A DNA stretch of 64,000 bases, from positions 3,159-67,158 of the forward strand of contig JAUXUR010000007.1 in assembly GCA_030680745.1 (NCBI GenBank), read 5' to 3'. The translations under genes were made by a program, and so were the position numbers. The DNA is from Alphaproteobacteria bacterium. GTDB taxonomy: Bacteria; Pseudomonadota; Alphaproteobacteria; JAUXUR01. Shown here piece after piece: positions 41,343 through 51,635 of the stretch. Position 1 is the stretch's first letter, and each line of letters begins with the position of its first letter. The notes below the pieces were generated by a model. The model had not been told where the DNA came from and did not search any database. It worked only from the letters and a program-made list of their open reading frames with translations.

Positions 41343-43457
41343 ATGTTAAAAAAAATCGCTATATATGCATTTTTTCTATTTTATGCATCCAGTAGTATAA
41401 ACGCTAATCCTATTTTTCAAAACAAACATTTTGATTTAAATTATTCGCAAAGCCTTGGATATCTAAAGTCATTTCTTGGAAATGATTTTGTAGAAATAAA
41501 ACAAGGATCTGAATCTGAAGACATAAAAAAAAACATACAAAATTTTTATGAAAAAGATTTCACAATGACAGATTACTTAGGAATAAGGAGCAATTCAAAT
41601 CATGAAAATATTACTCCAATTGTTGAAGCGCTTTTAGAAGAACAAAATTCACCAGATAGATATTTTATGTATCATGCTTCAAGTCCAATTGTTGGTTTGC
41701 TTTATGACATTTATTCTGAACTCAGACGACAAATAATGAATATTCAACGAGAAGACCTTATGCTGTGTCGCGGTACAGATGAAGCTTTTTTTGATATTGA
41801 GAATATCGCCGATTTTATTAATGATCAAAAAGTTAAGCAAAACGTAAAATCTTTCACAGACCTCGGTAATTATTCTGCCGATTATGCTGAAAAAGCGTTA
41901 TCCATGAATTTATTCTTGTTTGGAAATCATCATGTTGTATTTGACGATTCAATGGCTTTGTTTATGGAGGCAAGATCTGAGAGGAAGATTTTGCTCTCTA
42001 AATCATTGATAAAATTATTTACTTATTTTGGCATTGATATGTCACAACTATCAGAAATAAAGGATTTAATTTTAAAATTTGAAGCGCTTCCTTTATTAGA
42101 TCGTGGACGCTTGTTCCAATTTAGTTTTGCGCCCGATAATATCGATGAATTTGTTTATCTATCTAAATCATTAGGTGTTGGCGTGACTATAGATGGGTCC
42201 AAAGATTATGATATTAACAAAAATCAAGTGGCGCTTCTTATTAAAGCTATGCGTCATAATCCTGCTCAACTTGAAAAATTTTCAAAAAAAATATGTAAAA
42301 ACGATCATGAATCTTTAATCCAAATAAATAATCCTTTATTCGATTTAAATAAAATTCAAGGTAGGTTTATCTTACATCCAAAGCTTTTTTCAGAAAATAG
42401 CCCCTTGCAAGTTATATCTTATTGGCGCGGCCTCTCTCGTAATGCGCCAGAAGTGCAAGAATATAAAACAAACCTGAAAGTATTGGTGACTGATATCATT
42501 TCATTAATATTAAAATCGAGATTTACACCACCGCGAAAAACAATTCTCACAGAGAACGATGCATTAGACTTATTGTTAAAAAAAAGAAATATTGAATTAG
42601 AAAATGAAAATATTCCTATAAAGACAAATATTTCAGATCATTTATTATCTGCTTATATATGCTCTGGTGATCTAGATAAACTAATTTCCATCCTCAACAA
42701 TGAAAATCAAATTGATATTAATAAATCAATAATAGATATCAATGACTTAGAAGAAGAAACTGAACATTCCCCCTTATATCTTGCAGTCAAATATAATCAC
42801 CCTGAACTTGTTGATTTGCTATTAGCAAAAGGCGCACAAATAAAAGATGAGCCTTCCGCTGACCGCAATTTGCTAGGTTGGGCCAGTATTAACAATTATC
42901 CTCTTATTACGCAAAAATTGCTAAATTCTGGATGCAATCCTAATTCAAAATTTAGATATAGGTGTTTAGAAGAGCCACTTATTGAGCTTATTCAACAATA
43001 CGGGAGAAATGAAATTTTAGAAATTTTTATAAAACACGAAGATATTGCACTTGACAAAAAAAAATCCATAAATTTAATTAAATATATCATGGAAAATAAA
43101 CTAATAGATTTAGTAAAAGTTCTTTTTAAGAATGAAAAATTTTTTACTAATAATATGATGGATGAAGATTTTAAAATTAAAATTCTAAACATTGCTATCA
43201 AAATTGAAAACACAGAAATTCTTAACTTTTTACTAGATATTTTCAAACTTTCTTTTGATTCAGAACCTTCTGTTGAAAAACAACCGATCAATAAAGCAAT
43301 TGATACTCAAAACTTTTCCATTATCACCACATTAATCGAGCATGGAATAGATCTAAGAATAAAACATCCTTTATACGGAACCCCTTTGCAATACGCACGT
43401 AAAACTAAAAATAAACAAATTATTCAACTCATTGAACAACATGTCTCGACTCAATAG
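41343..43457 (+). CDS. Secreted ankyrin-repeat protein (704 aa)
   Basis: Signal peptide MLKKIAIYAFFLFYASSSINA. C-terminal ANK repeats (SPLYLAVKYNHPELVDLLLAKGAQI; GTPLQYARKTKNKQIIQLI). Confidence 0.75.
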   Translation: MLKKIAIYAFFLFYASSSINANPIFQNKHFDLNYSQSLGYLKSFLGNDFVEIKQGSESEDIKKNIQNFYEKDFTMTDYLGIRSNSNHENITPIVEALLEEQNSPDRYFMYHASSPIVGLLYDIYSELRRQIMNIQREDLMLCRGTDEAFFDIENIADFINDQKVKQNVKSFTDLGNYSADYAEKALSMNLFLFGNHHVVFDDSMALFMEARSERKILLSKSLIKLFTYFGIDMSQLSEIKDLILKFEALPLLDRGRLFQFSFAPDNIDEFVYLSKSLGVGVTIDGSKDYDINKNQVALLIKAMRHNPAQLEKFSKKICKNDHESLIQINNPLFDLNKIQGRFILHPKLFSENSPLQVISYWRGLSRNAPEVQEYKTNLKVLVTDIISLILKSRFTPPRKTILTENDALDLLLKKRNIELENENIPIKTNISDHLLSAYICSGDLDKLISILNNENQIDINKSIIDINDLEEETEHSPLYLAVKYNHPELVDLLLAKGAQIKDEPSADRNLLGWASINNYPLITQKLLNSGCNPNSKFRYRCLEEPLIELIQQYGRNEILEIFIKHEDIALDKKKSINLIKYIMENKLIDLVKVLFKNEKFFTNNMMDEDFKIKILNIAIKIENTEILNFLLDIFKLSFDSEPSVEKQPINKAIDTQNFSIITTLIEHGIDLRIKHPLYGTPLQYARKTKNKQIIQLIEQHVSTQ

Positions 43458-43571
43458 AAAAATATAGTCATTCCAATAGACAGCCTCTTAAAAAAACGTA
43501 GGATTTTTGACCCTTATGGCACTACCTTAGACCAAATCGTAATTCATATGGATGTTAATTGGAATGACTAT
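43456..43571. repeat. Small inverted-repeat element with 14-bp perfect termini
   Basis: atagtcattccaat ... attggaatgactat. Confidence 0.6.
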
Positions 43572-43589
43572 ACAAGGCGCGTTAATTCA

Positions 43590-43720
43590 CGGCAGCCGAT
43601 TATTTTGCCGTCTTTAATCTCAAAAATAGCCATTACATCTACTTTTACTTCAGAATCATCGTCTTTTATTACATGACCAGTATGTCTTGTTGTAACTTTA
43701 TTTCCTTCCTAAATTATTTC
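43590..43720 (-). pseudogene. Possible remnant of an NTF2-like/SnoaL-like gene (about 40 aa of C-terminus only)
   Basis: Minus-strand translation reads ...NKVTTRHTGHVIKDDDSEVKVDVMAIFEIKDGKIIGCRE, with no upstream ORF. Confidence 0.25.
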
Positions 43721-44000
43721 GTGAAAAACAATTTTAATGGATTTGCAATTTCTTTTAAGTGTTTTTACATGTTCTAGACCCTGTGTATAATTTAGCGTTT
43801 TCCATCAGTAATTTGTATATAATGTTTGAAAAAATATTTATTACAATGTGGTTAATTGTAATTAAATATCTTTTTATTGAAGTTTTATTTATACTTTACT
43901 TAATATTTAGTTTATTTATAAATTTTATTATATTTTTTGTTTTCATGTTGCTTTTATGATACAGTCTTGATTGTTACTTTTTAAAATTATGTAGGTTGTT

Positions 44001-47000
44001 ATGATTAAAAATATTTCTTTTATCTTTTTATCTTTTTTTATATTTTTTTCTTCTGTTAATTGTTCAGAATGTACTATTGATGATGCTGTTAATGCATCAA
44101 TACCTGATAGGACAAATCCATGGAAACTGAATACTAATCAAGCAATTACTTTTAATGAATATTATATTTCAGGCAAAAACCTTGCTTGTGGTTTTAAAGC
44201 TTTTGGATACGATTCGCGGGAAGAAGCTATTGATGCAATGCTTAACGCCCTTAACGATAACGATACAAAATATGAGCGTCGTAATCGTAAAATGCGCGAA
44301 TATATTAAAAATGATTACGCAGAAAATATTTCTGTAGAAGAATATTTAAATAAAATTAAAAATATAAAGCATGAGCTTTCTTACAATGCAAATAAGTACT
44401 TTTTAGACCAAAACAAAAAAATTCAAAAAATTGATCCTAACTTACCAATTTTATACACCCTTATCGATGCTTTTGCCGTATTAAATAATAAAAACTTATA
44501 TATTTATAGCGCTGCTCCTGGTGAAAAAATCCTTTTTATAAGTCATGCTTTTTCAAATGATTCTTCCAATGTAAATCAAAATTTATCTCTTTTACATAAA
44601 AATCAACATTACAATAGATTAGTTGAAACAGGACATGTGAATACAAATATACGTTCACAAAATGATGAAGATAAACATCTAACAGAATTAAGAAATTCTC
44701 TTCTTGAAGAAGGAAGATTTAGAGAAGAGCAACTCTCATTAAATATAAGTTTTGATAGTTTTTCTTCAGAACCATTGGAAGAAGAAATATTTTTTTCTTT
44801 AGAATCACCAAAATCACCAGAAGAAGAAATAACTTTTGAAGATTTTTCTTCAAGTTTTCTACCTACAACACCTTGTTACGATTTAGAATTCACTGAAGAT
44901 GAGCCACACAATCAAGTATCACAGCCTGCACAAACGGAAATAAGTTTTACTGCTTCTCAAATAAAATATTTTGTTTTTGGCAAAGCAAAATACCTTCCAG
45001 GACTTAATGCTTATGAATCTTTGATTGCTGCATATAAAAATGCGGCAAAACTTTTTGATGATCAAAATGCTCTTTTTTGTCACATTCAAATTTATCTTAA
45101 AAAAAACTTTCTTCACGAAAATAATTCCATTGATTCTATGTTAAAAAAATTAGACACATTAATTAATAAAAAAGGTTCACAAAGTGTAATAAAAAAATAT
45201 AGACATTATGCAAAAATTTATAAAGGTCAAATTTACGTTAAACAAAAAGAACTAAATAAAGCTTGGGAAATATTTGATAATTTAAAAACAAAAAATGAGT
45301 GTTACACAAAAACATATTTTTTAGATATGTCGGAAATGATTCTTCTTTATGAATATACACCTAATGGAATGACACGGGAGAATGCTGTTGCATTGGCTTG
45401 GACATTATTTAATAAAACAATTGGAAACGGAAAGACTCAAAAAAAACAAACATCAAATTCAACACGTCAAAATGATACTTTTCATCCGGATTATTACAAA
45501 AGTAAAGAAGCAAACAAAAGACGTACAAATATTCGTGACAAGGTTCGTAGGCAAGGCAATGTGAATAGAGTTCGACCAAGAAATAGATCCACTCAAGACG
45601 GTTCTGCGTCAAATGTTTCTGCGCCAAATGTTTCCGCGCAGCCATTAGATCAAATTGAAACAATGGAAAATTCTATTGTGGGACGTAAAAGAACAAAAAA
45701 TTCTTCTACAATAAAATCTCAACCGCCTCGAAAAATATTACGTATTATGACGAGTAATACAGACACTAATACGGACACAGAAAGTGATACTGATATAGAT
45801 GTCGATACTAAAATGCAAGACCAAGTTGAAAATCCTGAAAATATTTCTGATTTATATTCATTGCATGATGATTCTTTAAACAGAAATCATAATGATGATT
45901 TTTTAGATACAGTAGATGACATTAACGAAAAAAATAAAAAATTGCGTGATCTAATTTTAAAAGGAAAGTATTTTTCTTTTAAAAAAAAGGCTGACGAAGC
46001 AATAAAGTACTTTTCGATGGTTTTATATTCTAATGATGATGAAAATCAAGAATCCATTTATTATGAACAAGCATATATTGGCTTAGGTAATGTTTATTGT
46101 TATGAAAAACAAGATATAGATACAGCAATTAAAATTTATCTGGAAGGTATTCTTAAATGTCCTTCATCAGATCTCTATTGTTCTTTAGGTGATGCTTATC
46201 ATTATGAAAAAAAAGATACAAATAAAGCAATTGAAATCTATCAAGAAGGGATTAATAGATGCCCCTCAGCAGATCTCTACCGTGGTTTAGGCAATGCTTA
46301 TAGATATGAAAAGCAAGAGGTTCATACAGCAATTGAAATCTATCAAGAGGGGATTGATAAATACCCCTCAGCAGTTCTCTATCGTTCTTTAGGTGATACT
46401 TATAGATATGAAAAGCACGAAGTTCATGCAGCAATTGAAATCTATCAGGAAGGTATTTTTAAATGTCCTTCAGCAGATCTCTATCGTTCTTTAGGTGATG
46501 CTTATTATTATGAAAAAAAAGATACAAATAAAGCAATTAAAATCTATCAAAAAGGAATTGATAAATGCCCCTCAGCAGATCTCTACTGTGGTTTAGGTGA
46601 TGCTTATAGATATGAAAAAAAAGATACAAATACAGCAATTGAAATCTATCAAGAAGGGATTGATAGATGCCCCTCAGCAGATCTCTATCGTTCTTTAGGG
46701 GATTCTTATTATTATGAAGAAAAAGATACAAATAAAGCAATTTCAATGTATCAAAAAGGGATTGATAACTACCCTTCAGCAGATCTTTATCGTGCTTTAG
46801 GTGATGCTTATAGACATGAAAAGAAAAATACAAATAAAGCAATTGCAATCTACCAAGAAGGTATTGAAAAATGTCCCTCAGCAGAACTTTATCGTGCTTT
46901 AGGAGATGCTTATAAATATGAAAAAAAAGACGTTTACAAAGCAATTTCAATTTATCAAAAAGGGATTAAAAAATGTTCTTCATCAGATCTTTATGATGCT

Positions 47001-47201
47001 TTAGGAGATACCTATAGTTTTAATTTCGCTAAACATGAACGAGATATTAATAAAAGTAAAGCATACCAACAAAAAGCGTTAGATGCTTATCAGATGGCTC
47101 TTAGTTTTAACAATCATAAAATTAACGATAAAATTAAAATAAAAATTGATTATATAAAAAAATGGTTTTCTTCTTTTGAAACTAGAAGAAGAATTGAGTA
47201 A
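44001..47201 (+). CDS. Secreted TPR-like tandem-repeat protein (1066 aa)
   Basis: Signal peptide MIKNISFIFLSFFIFFSSVNC. About ten consecutive 40-aa repeats (AIEIYQEGIDKCPSADLYRSLGDAYRYEKKDTNK). Ser/Thr/Asp-rich low-complexity linker. Confidence 0.8.
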   Translation: MIKNISFIFLSFFIFFSSVNCSECTIDDAVNASIPDRTNPWKLNTNQAITFNEYYISGKNLACGFKAFGYDSREEAIDAMLNALNDNDTKYERRNRKMREYIKNDYAENISVEEYLNKIKNIKHELSYNANKYFLDQNKKIQKIDPNLPILYTLIDAFAVLNNKNLYIYSAAPGEKILFISHAFSNDSSNVNQNLSLLHKNQHYNRLVETGHVNTNIRSQNDEDKHLTELRNSLLEEGRFREEQLSLNISFDSFSSEPLEEEIFFSLESPKSPEEEITFEDFSSSFLPTTPCYDLEFTEDEPHNQVSQPAQTEISFTASQIKYFVFGKAKYLPGLNAYESLIAAYKNAAKLFDDQNALFCHIQIYLKKNFLHENNSIDSMLKKLDTLINKKGSQSVIKKYRHYAKIYKGQIYVKQKELNKAWEIFDNLKTKNECYTKTYFLDMSEMILLYEYTPNGMTRENAVALAWTLFNKTIGNGKTQKKQTSNSTRQNDTFHPDYYKSKEANKRRTNIRDKVRRQGNVNRVRPRNRSTQDGSASNVSAPNVSAQPLDQIETMENSIVGRKRTKNSSTIKSQPPRKILRIMTSNTDTNTDTESDTDIDVDTKMQDQVENPENISDLYSLHDDSLNRNHNDDFLDTVDDINEKNKKLRDLILKGKYFSFKKKADEAIKYFSMVLYSNDDENQESIYYEQAYIGLGNVYCYEKQDIDTAIKIYLEGILKCPSSDLYCSLGDAYHYEKKDTNKAIEIYQEGINRCPSADLYRGLGNAYRYEKQEVHTAIEIYQEGIDKYPSAVLYRSLGDTYRYEKHEVHAAIEIYQEGIFKCPSADLYRSLGDAYYYEKKDTNKAIKIYQKGIDKCPSADLYCGLGDAYRYEKKDTNTAIEIYQEGIDRCPSADLYRSLGDSYYYEEKDTNKAISMYQKGIDNYPSADLYRALGDAYRHEKKNTNKAIAIYQEGIEKCPSAELYRALGDAYKYEKKDVYKAISIYQKGIKKCSSSDLYDALGDTYSFNFAKHERDINKSKAYQQKALDAYQMALSFNNHKINDKIKIKIDYIKKWFSSFETRRRIE
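46060..47010 (+). repeat. Tandem ~120-bp coding repeats (about eight near-identical units) inside the TPR-like gene
   Basis: Recurring gcaattgaaatctatcaagaagggattgata...cccctcagcagatctctatcgttctttaggtgatgcttatagatatgaaaa. Confidence 0.85.
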
Positions 47202-47411
47202 ATATAATAAAATGTGTTAGAATTATTGAAATTTTACTGAGTGATATGATCATGTAATTGATAATATTTAATGTATATCATGTATTTTGTTTTTAGAATA
47301 AAAGTAAAATATGTTTATTGGATTGAAAATCTAATCAACCTTCAAAAAAAACCAAAAAATAGCATTTTTATCTTGCATTCTTTTGAAAATAGGGTAGAAA
47401 AGAACTTATAT

Positions 47412-47487
<76 letters not shown>

Positions 47488-47581
47488 CCCCCATAAAATT
47501 TTTATATTAAGATACTTGTTTTGAAGTTTTAATCTTAACATATTGAAATTCGATATTAACAAAATTTTTCATGCGCAAATC

Positions 47582-47695
47582 TATAATCGATAGATATTAG
47601 AAGGATTCATCGTTACGCCTCGCTTATGTATATAAAGATGCACTTCGCTTGTTGTTCCTTGCCTGTTTCTCAAATCTATTGACTATTGCATTAAT
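47582..47695. repeat. MITE-like element, inverted copy of 29770..29875
   Basis: Its reverse complement aligns with the copy between TauE and the MBL gene. Confidence 0.8.
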
Positions 47696-47782
47696 TCTAC
47701 TATTGCTGAACAAGTTGAAGTATGAGATAACAGATTTGAGTATTTTGCCTACTTAGAAAACAGCCAAATCAAAAGGAAAGTA

Positions 47783-49195
47783 ATGATGTCTGATCGGACA
47801 AAAGTTTATGACTTAATCAGTCAATTTGATGTGAAATATGTTGATGTGCGATTTACAGATCCGCGCGGAAAATGGCATCACATGAGCCAGGCCGTAGGAA
47901 CTGTTAATGATGACTTCTTCGAAGATGGTATTATGTTTGATGGTTCATCAATTGCTGGTTGGAAAGAAATTAACGAATCAGATATGTGCTTAATGCCAGA
48001 TCCTGCAACAGCAGTTATGGATCCTTTTTCAGCGCAACCAACACTTATTATTATTGCAGACGTTTATGAACCTGTAACACAACAGCCTTATAACAGAGAT
48101 CCACGTTCGATTGCTAAAAAAGCTGAAGCATTTGTGGCGACTTCTAAAGTAGGCGATAAAGCATATTTTGGTCCAGAAGTTGAATTCTTTGTCTTTGATG
48201 ATGTTCGTTTTTCTGTTGAATCACATAATATATCATTTAAACTTGATTCTTTAGAAAGCCCACATAATACGAATCGTAAATACGAAACGGGCAATTTAGG
48301 GCATAGACCAACTGTTAAAGGCGGTTACTTTCCTGTAGCACCTGTTGATTCAATGCATGACATACGTGCAGAAATGCTCACTGTTTTATCAGATATGGGC
48401 ATTGAAACAGAACGTCACCACCATGAAGTGGCACCCGCTCAAAATGAGCTTGGTATTCGTTTTGATACACTTGTGAATTCAGCTGATAAAATTCAAACAT
48501 ATAAATGCGTTGTTCAAAATGTTGCGTATTCCTATGGAAAATCAGCTACCTTTATGCCAAAACCTGTTATGGGTGATAATGGTTCCGGTATGCATGTGCA
48601 TCAATCCATTTGGAAAGATGGTAAAGCGCTTTTTGCCGGTAATGGTTATGCTGATTTATCTGAAACCGCCTTGTTTTACATTGGCGGGATCATTAAACAT
48701 GCCAAATCATTGAACGCGTTTACAAATCCATCGACCAATAGCTATAAACGCTTGATTCCAGGATTTGAAGCGCCTGTTTTATTGGCGTATTCTTCACGTA
48801 ATCGATCTGCTTCTTGCCGTATTCCTTATGTATCAAATCCAAACGGAAAACGTGTTGAAGTACGCTTCCCAGATCCAACAGCTAATCCTTATTTAGCATT
48901 TGCTGCTATGCTTATGGCGGGTCTTGATGGGATTAAAAATCGTATTCATCCTGGTGAGCCTATGGATAAAAATCTTTATGATTTACCACCTCAAGAGCTT
49001 GCAAAAGTACCAACAGTCTGTGGTTCATTGCGCGAAGCCCTTATTTCTTTGGGTGAAGATTGCGATTACCTTAAACAAGGTAATGTATTCACTGATGATT
49101 TTATTCAAAGCTATATCGAATTGAAATGGAATGAAGTGTATCGTTATGAACATACGCCGCATCCAGTTGAATTTGACATGTATTATAGCGCCTAA
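47783..49195 (+). CDS. glnA: Glutamine synthetase type I
   Basis: 470 aa with GS beta-grasp and catalytic-domain motifs ([20 protein letters not shown]). Confidence 0.95.
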   Translation: MMSDRTKVYDLISQFDVKYVDVRFTDPRGKWHHMSQAVGTVNDDFFEDGIMFDGSSIAGWKEINESDMCLMPDPATAVMDPFSAQPTLIIIADVYEPVTQQPYNRDPRSIAKKAEAFVATSKVGDKAYFGPEVEFFVFDDVRFSVESHNISFKLDSLESPHNTNRKYETGNLGHRPTVKGGYFPVAPVDSMHDIRAEMLTVLSDMGIETERHHHEVAPAQNELGIRFDTLVNSADKIQTYKCVVQNVAYSYGKSATFMPKPVMGDNGSGMHVHQSIWKDGKALFAGNGYADLSETALFYIGGIIKHAKSLNAFTNPSTNSYKRLIPGFEAPVLLAYSSRNRSASCRIPYVSNPNGKRVEVRFPDPTANPYLAFAAMLMAGLDGIKNRIHPGEPMDKNLYDLPPQELAKVPTVCGSLREALISLGEDCDYLKQGNVFTDDFIQSYIELKWNEVYRYEHTPHPVEFDMYYSA

Positions 49196-49542
49196 TTTAT
49201 AATGAAATGACTTTGGATTGATACATCATCGCTACCGCTCTCATGTAGGAAGAACTACACTTCGAGCCTTGCTTCTTGTCTGAATCTCAAATCATTTCAC
49301 TATTATAGATCGGAAAGGAGGAGGCAACTCCCCCTTTACTTTTTATCCAATTCATTCAAAAATATAAAAAGCTATACCCAAATTGTTTCGAAATTGGGTC
49401 GAGAAGATGAGTGGTGAAGACTGCTGCGTGTACCTCTTTGTACATGAGCATGATGAATCCCGAAATCTGACGACCTCCACAGTTTGAAACAAGAGCGGTA
49501 TACTTCAAAAAAATAAAACGAGGGAAAGAACATCAAGTGGAA

Positions 49543-49737
49543 ATGTCAAACAAACAACAGCTTAAAAAATCCTTGTTAAAAAATTCTGAATATGGCGCAT
49601 CAGCCATTGAATATGCTCTTTTACTTGCATGTCTCGTATTGGTTTTAGTCACCGGTTTATCAAGCTTTGGTGGTAAAATTTCTGATTCTATGAAAGGTGT
49701 TTTTGAAAAAGTTGAAAAGCAATTTTCGAATGAATAA
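49543..49737 (+). CDS. flp: Flp/Fap family type IVb pilin (orphan)
   Basis: GASAIEYALLLACLVLVLVTGL Flp motif; ~64 aa. Confidence 0.65.
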   Translation: MSNKQQLKKSLLKNSEYGASAIEYALLLACLVLVLVTGLSSFGGKISDSMKGVFEKVEKQFSNE

Positions 49738-50016
49738 CAATATATAATGTTTTCGCTTTTAGTTAAGAGTAGGAATGAGGCGTGAAGTGTAGTCTTTTCC
49801 TACATGAGAAACGAATAACGCCCTATTAACAAAAATGGAAAATACTATATAAAAAAGAGGCCGCGAACGGCCCAAGTTTAGGGAGGAAACGCCCAAGAAG
49901 AAAACAACACTGGCCGGGCAGCCAATAAATGTGTTGTAAACATAATATGACATAACCGTTGACCATTTGCAAGTTAAAAATTATATTTTTTGCAAAATTA
50001 TGGATGGATAAAATTT

Positions 50017-51363
50017 ATGACTCAAAAAGCAATTATTAACGCGCGTATTTATCCTGTTGATCTTCACAACAATTTTTACGAATCTGGCACAATTTTGTGG
50101 GAGAATGATCGTATCCTTAATGTTGGATCAAAAAATGATGTTATTTTAAACGAAAACGTTGAAATTATAGATGCCCAAGACCGCTTTGCTGTGTTACCTG
50201 GATTTATTGATGTCCATTCTCATAGTTCTTTATTAAAAGGATTTTCTGAAAATCTACCTTTCTTAGAATGGTTACCTGAATATCAACGTGAACATAAAGT
50301 TTTGACCGAGGAAGATGCGTATTGGGCCTCGATGGTTAGTTACCTTGAGGCTTTAAAAGGCGGCACAACTTGCGTTCTTGATATGTATCGTTTTATGCAT
50401 AAAGCGGCGGATGCTGCAGGTTCCCTTGGAATGCGTGCGCATTTAGCGCCCTATGTTTCAGATTTAGGGCAAGGCTATTTTGAAACAATGGAACAAAATG
50501 AAAAACTTATTAAAACACATCATCAAAGTTACAATAATAGAATTCAAATTTTAGTAGGGCTTGAGCATCTTTTTTATTGTTCTGTTGATGCATATAAAAA
50601 GGCGCGAAGGCTTTCAGACGAATATGGGGTTTATATTCATACACATACAAGCGAATTCAAAGACGAAGTTGAAGCTGTTAAAAACCATTTTGGCAAATTG
50701 CCAGGTTATTTATTGCATGAACGCAATATATTAACGCCCAAAACGATTATTGCTCATTGTGTTTATCTTTCTGATGACGAGATAATTTTGTTTAAAGATA
50801 ATGACGTACGCATTGCGCATTGCCCCACAAGTAATGTGAAATTAGGCGGCGGTTCTATGCAAATTGATCGTCTTAAAGCTGCAAATATAAAATTTGGATT
50901 GGGTACGGACGGTTCTATATCCAATAATAGCCTAAGTATGTGGGAGCTTATGAAATTTGGCTCCCTTTTACAAAAGAATTTAAATCACGATGCGACTGCC
51001 CTTAATGCTGCCGAAACTTTGCGTTTAGCAACTATTGAAGGCGCAAAAGTGCTGGGACAGGACCATGAAATAGGATCGCTGGAAATAGGCAAAAAGGCAG
51101 ATTTCATAACAGTTAATTTATGGCAACCCCATTTAATGCCTCTTATATCGTCAGAAAATCATGATCCAGTTTTATGGAATTTAATTTATGCAGGACGCGC
51201 AAGTGATGTTGAAGATGTTTGGGTTGATGGCAAACAAGTTGTATCTAAAGGAAAAGTCACCTCTTTTGATGAGGATGAGCTTTTGATGCATATCCATCTT
51301 CAAGCGAAGGATTTGTTGAAAAGACGTGAAGGTGTTATTTCATCAAAATTGATCAATATTTAA
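50017..51363 (+). CDS. Amidohydrolase family deaminase/chlorohydrolase (MtaD/TRZ-ATZ-like)
   Basis: PGFIDVHSHS, HTHTSE, CPTSN...GTDG motifs. Confidence 0.75.
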   Translation: MTQKAIINARIYPVDLHNNFYESGTILWENDRILNVGSKNDVILNENVEIIDAQDRFAVLPGFIDVHSHSSLLKGFSENLPFLEWLPEYQREHKVLTEEDAYWASMVSYLEALKGGTTCVLDMYRFMHKAADAAGSLGMRAHLAPYVSDLGQGYFETMEQNEKLIKTHHQSYNNRIQILVGLEHLFYCSVDAYKKARRLSDEYGVYIHTHTSEFKDEVEAVKNHFGKLPGYLLHERNILTPKTIIAHCVYLSDDEIILFKDNDVRIAHCPTSNVKLGGGSMQIDRLKAANIKFGLGTDGSISNNSLSMWELMKFGSLLQKNLNHDATALNAAETLRLATIEGAKVLGQDHEIGSLEIGKKADFITVNLWQPHLMPLISSENHDPVLWNLIYAGRASDVEDVWVDGKQVVSKGKVTSFDEDELLMHIHLQAKDLLKRREGVISSKLINI

Positions 51364-51635
51364 ATAAAATTATTCTTTTATAATAATAAAATTATTCTTT
51401 TATAATAATAAATGTATATTTTAAATTACATACAAATATTTTTTATGTTTAATGTATAAAATTGTTGACTGTATATGCTTTTGATGATAGTTATACATAG
51501 TTAACAAGGTATGTTGTGCTGTTTTTAAAAATTATTAGTTTGTTATATGTTTTTAATTTAATTAAGAGAAATTCTCTAAGTTTTTAAATTACTTAGCATT
51601 TTTTAAAAATGGTATAATTTAATTAAGGATATAAA

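Noticed and set aside
43759-43959. 66-aa ORF upstream of the TPR-like gene
   Set aside because: Extremely AT-rich, Phe/Ile/Leu-only composition, and no RBS; it lies in promoter-like sequence.
46060-47010. Regular ~120-bp repeats considered as a possible CRISPR array
   Set aside because: The repeats are contiguous with no unique spacers, lie inside a long ORF, and encode a 40-aa protein repeat. No cas genes are present.
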